Notes: generated by a model from the sequence alone, not told the origin. A stretch of 64,000 nucleotides of DNA from Bryobacterales bacterium (GCA_039812845.1 JBDIBK010000003.1:1054-65053), one strand, 5' to 3'; shown: positions 8,505 through 17,104, counted from the first letter of the stretch. Numbers and translations: made by a program.

Positions 8505-11500
8505 ATGAAACACCATTTCGTTCGGCTACGGACGATGCGGGCCTTCGACGCCAGTATGTGGCGCGAATCCTCCTGCATCGCTGCATTTTCGCTTTTCATT
8601 CTCCTGCTAGCATCCGTAATGCAAGTGGGAGCGCAGGAGCGTTTTGGCACCATCTCCGGGACGGTTACGGACTCCACCAAGGCGCCGATGGTCGGCGTTA
8701 AGGTAAGCGTCACCAACCGGAGCACATCAAGAGTATCGACGACCACGACAGGCGGCGACGGCAGCTATATTCTTCGCGGTTTGGAGCCGGGAACGTATAT
8801 GGCACGATTTGAGAATGCCGGCTTCACGACCGCGGAAGTCCCCGGCATCAGCCTGACGGCCGGCGCGCAGTTGCAGGTCAACACCGCGCTCACCGTCGGG
8901 GCGACGACGGAAACGATCGAGGTGACCGACAGCGCTCCCCTTATCGACGTCTCCAGCGCCAGAATCGCGCACAACGTGACGGCGGAAGAATTTGACCGCC
9001 TCCCGAAAGGGCGCTCCTTCCAGGCGCTCGCACTTACCTCCACCTCCGTGAACTCGGGGGAAGTCGAGGGCGGGTTCCAGGTGAACGGCGCGAGCGGCGC
9101 GGAGAACCAGTTCACCATTGACGGCGTATCCACGACAAGCCTGATCAACGGCAAGTCCCGGCAGAACGCCCTGTACGAAATTCTCCAGGAAGTGCAAGTG
9201 AAAACCGGCGGAATCGACGCCGAGTTCGGCGGAGCGATGGGCGGTGTGATCAGCGCCATCACCAAGTCCGGCGGCAACGATTTCCACGGAGATCTGCACT
9301 ACTATCTCTCCGGGAACAAGCTCAGCGCGGGACCGGTAAAGCGCCTGCTGCTGGACCCCTCCGACGAGAAAACCGTCAGCTATGTGCAGGACAGCAAGTT
9401 CAAGAACAACTCGAACGAAATCGGCGGTTCGTTCAGCGGCCCCCTCGTCAAAAACCAACTCTTCTTCTTTAGCGCCTTCTCCCCCCGTTTCACTCGCGAA
9501 TCCCGCGATTACGGATTCTCGAGCGGCAAGGAGCAGGGCACCCTGGACCGCTCCACCAACGCATGGATGATGTTCCACAAGGTGAACTGGGTCCCCACGG
9601 AACGGGTGCGCACCAACTTCACTTATCTCTGGTCCCCAACCACCGTGGACGGAACGCTCCTCAGCTATTCCGTGGGACCGAATCAATCGGCGCAAACGCT
9701 GGCCTCGGCGAACTACAACAAGGCGATCGGGACGTTCTCTCCGCAATCGAGCTACACCGGCCAAGTGGACATTACCACCAGCCCCACCACGCTGCTCTCT
9801 TTCCGCGCGGGCCGCTTCTGGGACAACTACAAAACAGTTGGCATCCCCGGCGCCAGTTCGATCGAATATGGCTCCTCCGCCACGGCGCTGCCATTTGCCA
9901 TTCCGGATGCGCTTAAACAGCCCCAGGGCTATGCCACTACGCCGCGCCGCCAGAATACGTTCCACGATCTGGCGACCCGAACCTACTTCCAGGTGGATGG
10001 CAGCGCCTTCTTCCGGGGACTCGGAACGCACGACTTCAAAGCGGGTTGGGGCGTTTCGAAGACAGTCAACAACGTCCTTGAAGCCTACCCTGGGCAGGGA
10101 TTCGTGCGCATCTTCTGGAACAGCACGTTCAACAGCCCCACGCTTGGCAAGCAGACGGGCCAATACGGCTACTACGAGGTGAACAATATCGGAACCGGCG
10201 GAACCACCGGCGGAACGATGCAGAACTTCTACTTCCAGGATCAGTGGCGCATCATCCCCCGCTTGAGCATCGGTCTTGGACTTCGGCTGGAGAATGAACA
10301 CGTTCCTTCGTTCCGGCGCGACATCCGCGATTACGCGTTCTCTTTCGGGTTCGGAGACAAGATCGCTCCCCGCCTGAGCGCCACCTACGATCTCTACGGC
10401 AACGGCAAGGTGAAACTGTATGGGTCCTTCGGACGCACCTTCGATTGGGTGAAGTACGAACTCTCCCGCGGCACCTTCGGCGCGCAGTTCTGGAAGATCG
10501 ATTACCGGTCCCTGGACACCCTGGATGTGCTCTCCCTGAGCGGCACCAACAAGCCGGGCAGGAACATCTGGGCCGCGGATCCGGCATCCCAGCGGGATCG
10601 CCGCATACCCGCCTTCGATCTGGTTGCCAAGGACCTGAAGCCGATGAGCTCCGATCTGATCAGCCTCGGCACGGAAGTCCAGCTTATGTCTGAAACCGTG
10701 CTGCGTGTGGGATACAAACACAACAACCTGCGCCGCACCATTGAGGACCTGGGCGCGCTTGACGCCGAAGGGAACGAAGTTTACCTTTACGGCAATCCCG
10801 GCGAGGGCGATGCGAAAACGCAGCCAACCTCCGGCTTAACCAAACCGTTCCCCATGCCGAAACCCGTGCGGAAATACGACGCGCTCGAATTGCAATTGAG
10901 CCGCCGCTTTTCGAACGACTTCTTCGCGAGCATCAGCTATGTCTACAGCCGTCTCTACGGAAACTACGCCGGGCTGGCAAACTCCGATGAAATCACTTTG
11001 CCCTCCACGAACGTGGGCTCTTCAACCGCGCAGCAGCTTGGCGGAAGCGTTTCCCGGCAGGGCGGCAACGCCAACCGATCCTGGGACCTCGATGAGATCC
11101 TCTTCGACTCCCACGGCCATGCCGACATCAAGGGCCGCCTGAATACAGACCGTCCGCACGTGTTCAAGATCTACGGCGCCAAGCAGTTCTCCTTTGGCAC
11201 CAACCTAGGCTTGTTCTTCTACGGCGGAAGCGGCACCCCCGTCAGCACGCTGGTGAACACCCGCAATCAGATCCCAGTGTTCGTCAATGGCCGCGGCGAT
11301 CTTGGGCGGACTCCGTTCCTCACACAAACCGACCTGAACGTCTTCCACGACGTCAAACTCGGCGAGAACAAGACGCTGCGTTTTGAGATGAACATGCTCA
11401 ACCTCTTCAACCAGAAGACATCCAGGGCGATCTTCAATTACGTGAATCGTGGCGCGGGCACGGCCGTGCCGAGTTCGGCAATCAACCTCTCGGGTGTCGA

Positions 11501-11648
11501 TTTGTTCCAGGGCTACGATTACATGGCGCTGATCAATGCGACGCCGGACGCCAGTGCAGCCCGCGGCGCGCTGGATCCGCGCTTCGGAAGGGAAGACCTG
11601 TTCAACCCCGGCTTCGCCGGAAGGTTCGGCATCAAGTTCATCTTCTAA
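8505..11648 (+). CDS. TonB-dependent outer-membrane receptor with N-terminal carboxypeptidase-regulatory-like domain
   Basis: ATG at 8505 preceded by GAGGA. Signal peptide, then GTISGTVTDSTKAPMVGVKVSVTN...GSYILRGLEPGTY (CarboxypepD_reg). Plug region (NQFTIDGVS) and C-terminal barrel ending ...FGIKFIF. Confidence 0.85.
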   Translation: MKHHFVRLRTMRAFDASMWRESSCIAAFSLFILLLASVMQVGAQERFGTISGTVTDSTKAPMVGVKVSVTNRSTSRVSTTTTGGDGSYILRGLEPGTYMARFENAGFTTAEVPGISLTAGAQLQVNTALTVGATTETIEVTDSAPLIDVSSARIAHNVTAEEFDRLPKGRSFQALALTSTSVNSGEVEGGFQVNGASGAENQFTIDGVSTTSLINGKSRQNALYEILQEVQVKTGGIDAEFGGAMGGVISAITKSGGNDFHGDLHYYLSGNKLSAGPVKRLLLDPSDEKTVSYVQDSKFKNNSNEIGGSFSGPLVKNQLFFFSAFSPRFTRESRDYGFSSGKEQGTLDRSTNAWMMFHKVNWVPTERVRTNFTYLWSPTTVDGTLLSYSVGPNQSAQTLASANYNKAIGTFSPQSSYTGQVDITTSPTTLLSFRAGRFWDNYKTVGIPGASSIEYGSSATALPFAIPDALKQPQGYATTPRRQNTFHDLATRTYFQVDGSAFFRGLGTHDFKAGWGVSKTVNNVLEAYPGQGFVRIFWNSTFNSPTLGKQTGQYGYYEVNNIGTGGTTGGTMQNFYFQDQWRIIPRLSIGLGLRLENEHVPSFRRDIRDYAFSFGFGDKIAPRLSATYDLYGNGKVKLYGSFGRTFDWVKYELSRGTFGAQFWKIDYRSLDTLDVLSLSGTNKPGRNIWAADPASQRDRRIPAFDLVAKDLKPMSSDLISLGTEVQLMSETVLRVGYKHNNLRRTIEDLGALDAEGNEVYLYGNPGEGDAKTQPTSGLTKPFPMPKPVRKYDALELQLSRRFSNDFFASISYVYSRLYGNYAGLANSDEITLPSTNVGSSTAQQLGGSVSRQGGNANRSWDLDEILFDSHGHADIKGRLNTDRPHVFKIYGAKQFSFGTNLGLFFYGGSGTPVSTLVNTRNQIPVFVNGRGDLGRTPFLTQTDLNVFHDVKLGENKTLRFEMNMLNLFNQKTSRAIFNYVNRGAGTAVPSSAINLSGVDLFQGYDYMALINATPDASAARGALDPRFGREDLFNPGFAGRFGIKFIF

Positions 11649-11746
11649 GCGGAGCTTGACCGGCCAGTAACCGGGCCGGAAGCGGGCGGCTGCGAACTCC
11701 ACACAGCCAGCCCGCTTGCGGCTGGGAAGCACAACCAAAACCCACA

Positions 11747-11782
11747 ACGTCCCTGGAACCGAACGCGGTCCCAGGGACGTTC
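11747..11782 (+). terminator. Hairpin downstream of the TonB receptor gene (candidate terminator)
   Basis: AACGTCCCTGG (11747-11757) pairs perfectly with CCAGGGACGTT (11772-11782). The 14-nt loop is large and the T-tract that follows is weak. Confidence 0.35.
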
Positions 11783-11970
11783 GCTCTTATTGCACATAGC
11801 CTGGTAATTGCCCGCCCCACCGGGCCATACACCCGCCCGCGGAGAGCCTCTCCGCAACGGCCAGACGACAACGTACACTGTGAAGAGTGCCCGGGTGGCA
11901 AGATCGGCGGACCCAACGGGCTTGAAAATCTGCCGGAGTCAGCCGCTCATTCGTGGTAACTTGAAACCGT

Positions 11971-12295
11971 GCGGGCGTGGCGAAATCGGCAGACGCAACG
12001 GACTTAAGCGAGAAACTTGAGTGCTCGCCGGGAAACCGGCGATGCAGAACTGCTCAAATTCGGGGAACCCTGTAGCATGGCGATCCCGAGCCAAGCCCGG
12101 CCCGAAACGGCTGGGAAGGTGTAGAGACTAGACGGGCAGCACCGGACACCCGAGGGTAGGATTCGGGTGCGGTGAAGGGATAGTCCAGACCCCAAACCCT
12201 GGCCGCACGGCCAGGGGCGGCGAAAGCCGTAGCCGGGTACGAAAATCCGTTTTTCCGCAAGGAGAGTGAGGGTTCAAGTCCCTCCGCCCGCACCA
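11971..12295 (+). tRNA. tRNA-Leu(UAA) gene interrupted by a group I intron (exons 11971-12005 and 12242-12295)
   Basis: Acceptor GCGGGCG/CGCCCGC, D-arm GCG-AAATCGGCAGA-CGC, and anticodon stem ACGGA/TCCGT. The spliced loop reads CTTAAAA (anticodon UAA). Long variable arm with a GCAA loop, T-arm GAGGG-TTCAAGT-CCCTC, discriminator A and encoded CCA. Spliced length is 89 nt. Confidence 0.9.
12006..12241 (+). ncRNA. Group I self-splicing intron (IC3-like) inserted between U34 and A35 of tRNA-Leu(UAA)
   Basis: P1: ACUU|AAG pairs with CUUGAGU (12016-12022), giving a U-G wobble at the 5' splice site. GAAA-capped hairpins lie at 12026-12041 and 12218-12229. R-like element GUAGAGACUAGACGG (12121-12135) and S-like GGGAUAGUCCAG (12177-12188) form P7 (GACUA/UAGUC). 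P9-like hairpin at 12197-12216. Terminal G at 12241. No ORF-coding capacity. Confidence 0.85.
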
Positions 12296-12594
12296 GGTTC
12301 ACCGTGGTCTTGCGCCGACGTCGAGATCGCTTCCATGATGCGGCAGTTCGCGATGAGCCCGTCGCCGCGGCAGCTCTCGCTGATACGCCGCAGTTCGTCG
12401 GCGAGCCGTGAAAGGTCCGAGACCTTCGCTTCGATGTCGGCCAAATGTTGCATCGTGATTCGGTTCACTTCGGAACATTCCTCGTTTTTCCGGGACGCCA
12501 GCCGCAGCAAGTCCCGCACCGGCTCAAGCGTGAAGCCCAGATCCCGGCAACGTCGAGTGAACCTTAGGCCGCATCGGCGTGGCACACCGTTCAT
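12274..12594 (-). pseudogene. MerR-family (CadR/ZntR/CueR-like) metal regulator remnant lacking the N-terminal HTH
   Basis: Retains the dimerisation helix and metal loop (LRFTRRCRDLGFTLEPVRDLLRL ... SCRGDGLIANC), but the roughly 50-aa HTH is absent. The 3' end reads into the tRNA-Leu 3' exon (12274-12295). Confidence 0.65.
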
Positions 12595-12600
12595 GGAACC

Positions 12601-12894
12601 GTGCCCGAGACCGTCACGATGAGGACAGTCGGGTTTGCGGCGCGACTTGCCAATCTGGCGTCGTTCGTCTTGTTGTGGGCTTATCGAGCGGGCGACAGCA
12701 ACATGCGGTCCGTCTGGCTCTGTTCGCGAAACGACGTGATCGGGAACTGTGCGGTGCTGCTGGCCGCTCTTGGCGTATTCGGCACCGGTACCGGCTGGCC
12801 GGACGTGACCGTCGCCTCCATTATGGGCTTGCTCGCCCTGCAGGGCGCTTGGCGTATCGTAATGCAGGCCCGTGATGAACTGCGGGCGATATGA
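12601..12894 (+). pseudogene. Cation-efflux (CDF-like short cation transporter) remnant, C-terminal half only
   Basis: LLWAYRAGDSNMRSVWLCSRNDVIGNCAVLLAALGVFGTGTGWPDVTVASIMGLLALQG matches the last two TM helices of the roughly 200-aa MerR-associated cation transporters. The N-terminal TM helices are missing. It lies head-to-head with the MerR remnant. Confidence 0.55.
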
Positions 12895-12963
12895 AGCACG
12901 ATGGCCCGGATTCTCTTTCTCATCGGTACAGTAAATCCCGCGCTCCGCCAGGATCTCCGCCTC

Positions 12964-13326
12964 TCAGGCCCTCGCGCGGCTGCGCTTCCGACCGCTAGGG
13001 TTGTGTGGCGGCTCATCCTCGGCGATGCCGGACAGCACGACCGGCGCCCGGTCAGGGAATTTCGCGACGAGAGAGAGATTCCCGCCCATCGCTTCGACGG
13101 TTTTCCGCAATGTCGAAAGCAACAGATCGCTGCGCTTTTCGAGACGCGAGACGCTGTCCTGCTGGATGCCGAGCGCCTTGGCCAAGCGGACTTGGGTCAG
13201 CTTGCGCGCCTTGCGGAGCTCGCACAGGGTCATTTCCTCGGCTATCAGTTCCTTCGCGCGGGTCTCGACCATCTTGCGCCGGGCGGGGCTCAGCTTCCTG
13301 ATTTTGTCGTTCACATTCACAGGCAT
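12964..13326 (-). CDS. XRE-family HTH antitoxin (HigA-like)
   Basis: Start at MPVNVNDKIRK, 2 nt after the toxin stop. HTH_3 core MTLCELRKARKLTQVRLAKALGIQQDSVSRLEKR. Confidence 0.8.
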   Translation of the reverse strand: MPVNVNDKIRKLSPARRKMVETRAKELIAEEMTLCELRKARKLTQVRLAKALGIQQDSVSRLEKRSDLLLSTLRKTVEAMGGNLSLVAKFPDRAPVVLSGIAEDEPPHNPSGRKRSRARA

Positions 13327-13328
13327 GG

Positions 13329-13691
13329 CTACCTCCCTTCCTTTTTCAGCCGGGCGAGATGGGCTCCGAAACGCGCATCGGCCTTGCGGATCAGTTCCCG
13401 GTAAAAACGCGTCTCGCTGCCGCCCGACTTGTCGCCCGCCACGAGCAGGATCGCCCGGCGTTTCGCGTCGAATGCGAAAGCCACGCGCCATTCGCCGTTC
13501 GCCACGCTGAACCGCAGTTCCTTCATGCTCGCGTAACGCGACCCGTTCAACGTATCCACGCGGGGCCGGCCCAGTTGCGGCCCGAACTGCTGGAGCAGCC
13601 GCGACAAAGCCAGAATCTCCGTCTGCACATCCTCGTGCAGCGCGTCGAACTCCTGCTCGAACTCGTCGCCGATCTCAACAGCCCAGCTCAA
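13329..13691 (-). CDS. RelE/ParE-superfamily toxin (HigB/Gp49-like addiction module killer)
   Basis: 120 aa. ELRFSVANGEWRVAFAFDAKRRAILLVAGDKSG is the typical core of this toxin family. TTG start. Toxin-first order, as in higBA. Confidence 0.75.
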   Translation of the reverse strand: MSWAVEIGDEFEQEFDALHEDVQTEILALSRLLQQFGPQLGRPRVDTLNGSRYASMKELRFSVANGEWRVAFAFDAKRRAILLVAGDKSGGSETRFYRELIRKADARFGAHLARLKKEGR

Positions 13692-13696
13692 CTTTC

Positions 13697-13736
13697 AAAT
13701 ATGGCATGCAATCAATATGCTGTCAAATCCATATAG
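13697..13736. promoter_or_regulatory. Palindromic candidate operator upstream of the HigB-like/XRE module
   Basis: ATATGG (13699-13704) and CCATAT (13729-13734) are inverted arms enclosing the GCATGC palindrome (13704-13709). AT-rich, and lies 6-45 nt upstream of the toxin start. Confidence 0.3.
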
Positions 13737-14038
13737 AGGAAGCTCCCCACTTCGCCGCCTTGCGCGCTTTTACTTGGCAGGGCGGGTCGGGACGCATCCC
13801 GCGACAGGGGAAGGCATTTCTCAGTCCTTGGCTTGCTGCTTCGCCGAGGCTTCCGCGCGGGCAATGAGAAGGAAGCCTCCCTCCCTAAGCTACGTGCGCG
13901 GTTCACTCAATCAGCGCCAGGGCGCGCTGCCGGGCGCTCTTTCCAGGGCAATCCGCGCTCTCTACTGTAGCCGCTTCGTTCAAGAACTCCCGCGAATTCA
14001 TTCCATCGTCCCGCCGGCTATCCGGATCACTTTGGAAC

Positions 14039-14500
14039 GTGGCCAGAATGATTGGCGGCGGAGCGGAAGGAGGAGATCCATTGGAATATCTCGTGGCCGT
14101 GATCCGGGGACTTGCAGTGGCTGGCTTTGCCGCCGCGAGCGGCTTCGACCGTGACCGCGCGTTTTGCCCGACAGTCCTAGTCGTGATTGCCTCCTACTAT
14201 TCGCTGTTTGCCTTGATGGGTGCGTCGAGCTACTCGACATTGACGAGCGAGGTTGTCACTAGGCTAGTGTTTTCCGTTCTGGCACTGCTCGGCTTCAAGA
14301 AGAGCGTGTGGCTGGCCGCGGCCGGTATCGCGGGACACGTTTTTTTTGATTTCTTCGTCCATCACGCACTTGTCACAAACCCTGGCATGCCCGTTTTCTG
14401 GCCGGGCTTCCGCGGCACGATAGACATTGTGCTCGGCGGATGGCTGGCGCTCCGCCTCTGGAAATTTCCAGAAACGAACGGCGGCAGGTACGCGGGATGA
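14039..14500 (+). CDS. Hypothetical integral membrane protein (about 4 TM)
   Basis: Hydrophobic segments (LVAVIRGLAVAGFAAA, VLVVIASYYSLFALMG, LVFSVLALLGF, VWLAAAGIAGHVFFDFFV, IDIVLGGWLALRLW). No family recognised. Confidence 0.45.
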   Translation: MARMIGGGAEGGDPLEYLVAVIRGLAVAGFAAASGFDRDRAFCPTVLVVIASYYSLFALMGASSYSTLTSEVVTRLVFSVLALLGFKKSVWLAAAGIAGHVFFDFFVHHALVTNPGMPVFWPGFRGTIDIVLGGWLALRLWKFPETNGGRYAG

Positions 14501-14521
14501 ACACCCTCAAGATCATAGTGA

Positions 14522-15055
14522 AGACCCGCGAAGCATCTGGCATGGGCTGGCTTTCCGATCACGGGCGGCGTCGGAACGTTCGCGGTGCAAATCGCCAAGG
14601 CGTTTGGCGCGAAAGTGACAGGCGTCCGCGGAACGAAACATTGTGAGATGGTTCACTCGATTGGCGCCGATTGCGTGCTTGACTACACGCGCACGGATTT
14701 TGCGAGTCACGGAGAGAAGTTCGACCCGATTTTGGCCGTGAACGGCGACAGACCGATTTGAGACTACAGACGCACGCTCACTCCGGCAGGACGGTACGTG
14801 ATGTGCGGGGGATCGAACCGCCAGTTGCTTGAGGCATTGTGCCTCGGTCCGCTGCTTTCGAGCGGCAAGCGGAAGTTTGGAAATCTGCTGGCGAAGCCCA
14901 CCCAGCCGGACCTGCTGGTATTGAAGGATCTTGTTGAAACCGGAAAGGTCCGGCCCGCCATCGAGCGCCGCTGCCAACTGAACGAAGTGCCCGAGGCTAT
15001 CCGTCACCTCGAAACCGGGCATGCGAGCGGAAAGCTGGTGGTTTTCATCCGGTGA
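14522..15055 (+). pseudogene. Zinc-type/MDR NAD(P)-dependent dehydrogenase (quinone oxidoreductase-like) remnant
   Basis: Only the Rossmann half remains (ITGGVGTFAVQIAKAFGAKVTGV...GADCVLDYTRTDF...). There is an in-frame TGA at 14759-14761, then RYVMCGGS...GKVRPAIERRCQLNEVPEAIRHLETGHASGKLVV. The N-terminal GroES-like domain is absent, with stops at 14516-14521. Confidence 0.7.
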
Positions 15056-15352
15056 TGACGTCCCCTCGCAATACGGGGCTGCCGCGCGGAGAAATGCGCG
15101 AGTTCCCTCTGTACGGCTGGGATCACTTACGGAACACAAGCGAAGCCGAAGATGATGGAAGCCCCAGGCAATTGCATTTGCCTCGCTGAATCTCCTCGGC
15201 AAAACAAGGAGACTCCGCTGCCCACCCTGGGATCGATGCACAGGATCGGCTTAGATTTCGAAGCGTTCCATCTCAGCCTCAAGAATGCCGACTTCGGCTG
15301 TCTTGGTCCAAGTTTCCGGCGCATTCGTCCCTCTGGAAACTCCGCCCCTCTT

Positions 15353-16429
15353 TCACGCCCGCAAGATCTCGCGCACGAATTGGGCGGTCTGCCCGATCTG
15401 GTCGTTGTAGCGCTGGTAGAGGCCGATGATCATCGCGTCGTTCGGCTTGATGCCTTCGAGCGCCACCGTCATGCGTTCCTTCACCTGTTTCGGGGAGTTC
15501 ACCGTGCGTCCCGCCGCCAGTACCTTGTACACCAGGCACGGCTTCTTGGTCCGCCGCACGGTGGCCAGCATCTTCGGCACGTCCGAAGGCAGATAAATTT
15601 CGCCCAGCGGCAATTCCCCGAGCATCTTCTCGAACACCGCTCGCGGCCGGATCAGGTAGTACAAAGAGGCCATGTAGTAGTCCACGTCCCAGCCCTTCTC
15701 CTCCGCGTACTCGATTTCCTCCGGGTTATGACAGGAAAGCCCCACCATCGCGCCCGTGTCGCGGATGCGCTTGAGGTAGTCCTTGGATTTGTCGAACTGC
15801 CCGGCGTCCCACAGCCGGTTGGTGGCTCCGCCGTGCTGCGCGATGCCCATCGGCTTTAGCTTCGCCGCGCGCGCCGCCATCTCGGGCTTTTCGTTGAAAT
15901 CGGGCCGGGAGAGCACCAGCAGTTGCAGCTTGCCTCCCTGCTCCTTGTATTTCAGCCAGTCCATTTCCAGGCGCTCGCTCCAACTCGCCTGCCACGTGTT
16001 CAACCCGCCGCGCTCCAGTTCCTTGAGGAACGCCAGCACGCGCTCCGTGGTGTGATACTCGCCCATCGTCGCGGAGAAAACGTAGTTGAAGTGCGAGTAG
16101 CCGTAGATGGGGTTGGCGCCCGCGATCAGGCGCGTGATGCGGTGTTTTCCGAAATCCGCCAGAGGGAGCAGCGGCCCCGCTTTGGCCTCGGGCATCGGCG
16201 CGCCAGCGGGCGTTGGCTGGGCCGCGGCGTAGTTTGCCGCCGCCAGGAAGCCCGCGACCGTGCCCCCGCCCTTCAGCAAATCTCGCCGCGCAAGCACGGT
16301 GTCGTCGGTGTGTTCGAGTTCCACCATCCCGTTGGTGCCGGGAGTGTAGGGAAAGGTTGCGCCGTCGTCGTGTTCCATATCGCGGAGTATATCGGATCGC
16401 CTCCCCGATTCGAAGGCACATTGGGGCAT
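15353..16429 (-). CDS. Hypothetical Tat-signal exported protein
   Basis: Twin-arginine motif ARRDLLKGGGTVAGFLAAANYAAAQ. About 300 aa of non-repetitive, well-balanced sequence. No family recognised. The true start may be the internal ATG at 16378. Confidence 0.6.
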   Translation of the reverse strand: MPQCAFESGRRSDILRDMEHDDGATFPYTPGTNGMVELEHTDDTVLARRDLLKGGGTVAGFLAAANYAAAQPTPAGAPMPEAKAGPLLPLADFGKHRITRLIAGANPIYGYSHFNYVFSATMGEYHTTERVLAFLKELERGGLNTWQASWSERLEMDWLKYKEQGGKLQLLVLSRPDFNEKPEMAARAAKLKPMGIAQHGGATNRLWDAGQFDKSKDYLKRIRDTGAMVGLSCHNPEEIEYAEEKGWDVDYYMASLYYLIRPRAVFEKMLGELPLGEIYLPSDVPKMLATVRRTKKPCLVYKVLAAGRTVNSPKQVKERMTVALEGIKPNDAMIIGLYQRYNDQIGQTAQFVREILRA

Positions 16430-16525
16430 CGTGCCAGAGGATCGTGTCGTAGCATCGCCTCCGGTTCGGAGAGTCCTCCGCGGAGCAAGCCCACCGGGTA
16501 AGCGGGAACGGGCGAAGTAGAGCCG

Positions 16526-17095
16526 TTATTCCACAGACAGATATTTTCGCAACACGGAGGCAGTTCGAGGCAGACCCTGTCGTTCCAGCGTATCCAGGTA
16601 CTCAATCTCCGTCTTCGATGGATTCTTCAGGCTGAGGCGGTGATCCTGGGCGGCCTGAATGACTTCTTCCGGAGATTTGCGAACGAGGGAGAGGATGAAT
16701 TTGTCCGGATGCTGGGCCTCGATACCAAACCGGCTAAGTTCGTTGCCGGGAAAGTCTTTCAGATTGGCGGTAACGATGACATTGGCGCGCCCGTGGATTG
16801 CGGCCGCCAGTACATGGCGGTCATTCTCGTCTGGCAGATGCAAGCCTGAGATGAGGCTTTCGTAGCCCGTGACGAGGCAACCGAGAGCGTGTTTGTTCAT
16901 CAAGTCCCGCGTTCGCTCCAGTTGTTGTCGCGTAAGGTCGGGCCTCTTGTTCAGAAGATTGCCAATCCACTCCTCATGCACCTGGTTCGACCACCTCGCG
17001 GAAAACAGGCCGGTTAGGGCCCGGTGCATCAAGAAACTCCTCAGTTCCGCCGGGTACAGGACATTCGCGTCGTAAAAGACGGTGAGAGCCTCCAT
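16526..17095 (-). CDS. PIN-domain ribonuclease toxin (VapC-like, long form)
   Basis: N-terminal acidic motif VFYDANVLY, central DENDRHVLAAAIHGRANVIVTANLKDF. Lies 9 nt downstream of the HTH partner gene. Confidence 0.8.
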   Translation of the reverse strand: MEALTVFYDANVLYPAELRSFLMHRALTGLFSARWSNQVHEEWIGNLLNKRPDLTRQQLERTRDLMNKHALGCLVTGYESLISGLHLPDENDRHVLAAAIHGRANVIVTANLKDFPGNELSRFGIEAQHPDKFILSLVRKSPEEVIQAAQDHRLSLKNPSKTEIEYLDTLERQGLPRTASVLRKYLSVE

Positions 17096-17104
17096 GCGGC
17101 GATC

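Noticed and set aside
11971-12295. Alternative reading of this locus as tmRNA (tRNA-like ends separated by about 240 nt).
   Set aside because: The 5' part carries a full D-arm and an anticodon stem. The two halves reconstitute a normal anticodon loop (UAA). There is no tag-peptide ORF or resume codon context, and canonical group I elements are present.
12004-12302. Minus-strand ORFs (63 and 82 aa) inside the tRNA-Leu intron; possible homing endonuclease.
   Set aside because: They lie antisense to a compact 236-nt ribozyme core with no room for a LAGLIDADG or GIY-YIG ORF, and no such motifs are present. Every part of the segment is accounted for by group I helices.
15254-15355. 33-codon in-frame extension after the TGA stop of the Tat-protein gene (…ILRA*KRGGVS…ETWTKTAEVGILEAEMERFEI*); possible read-through or selenocysteine.
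   Set aside because: I could see no SECIS-like hairpin immediately downstream. Open stretches of this length are common in GC-rich DNA. The extension has no recognisable domain.
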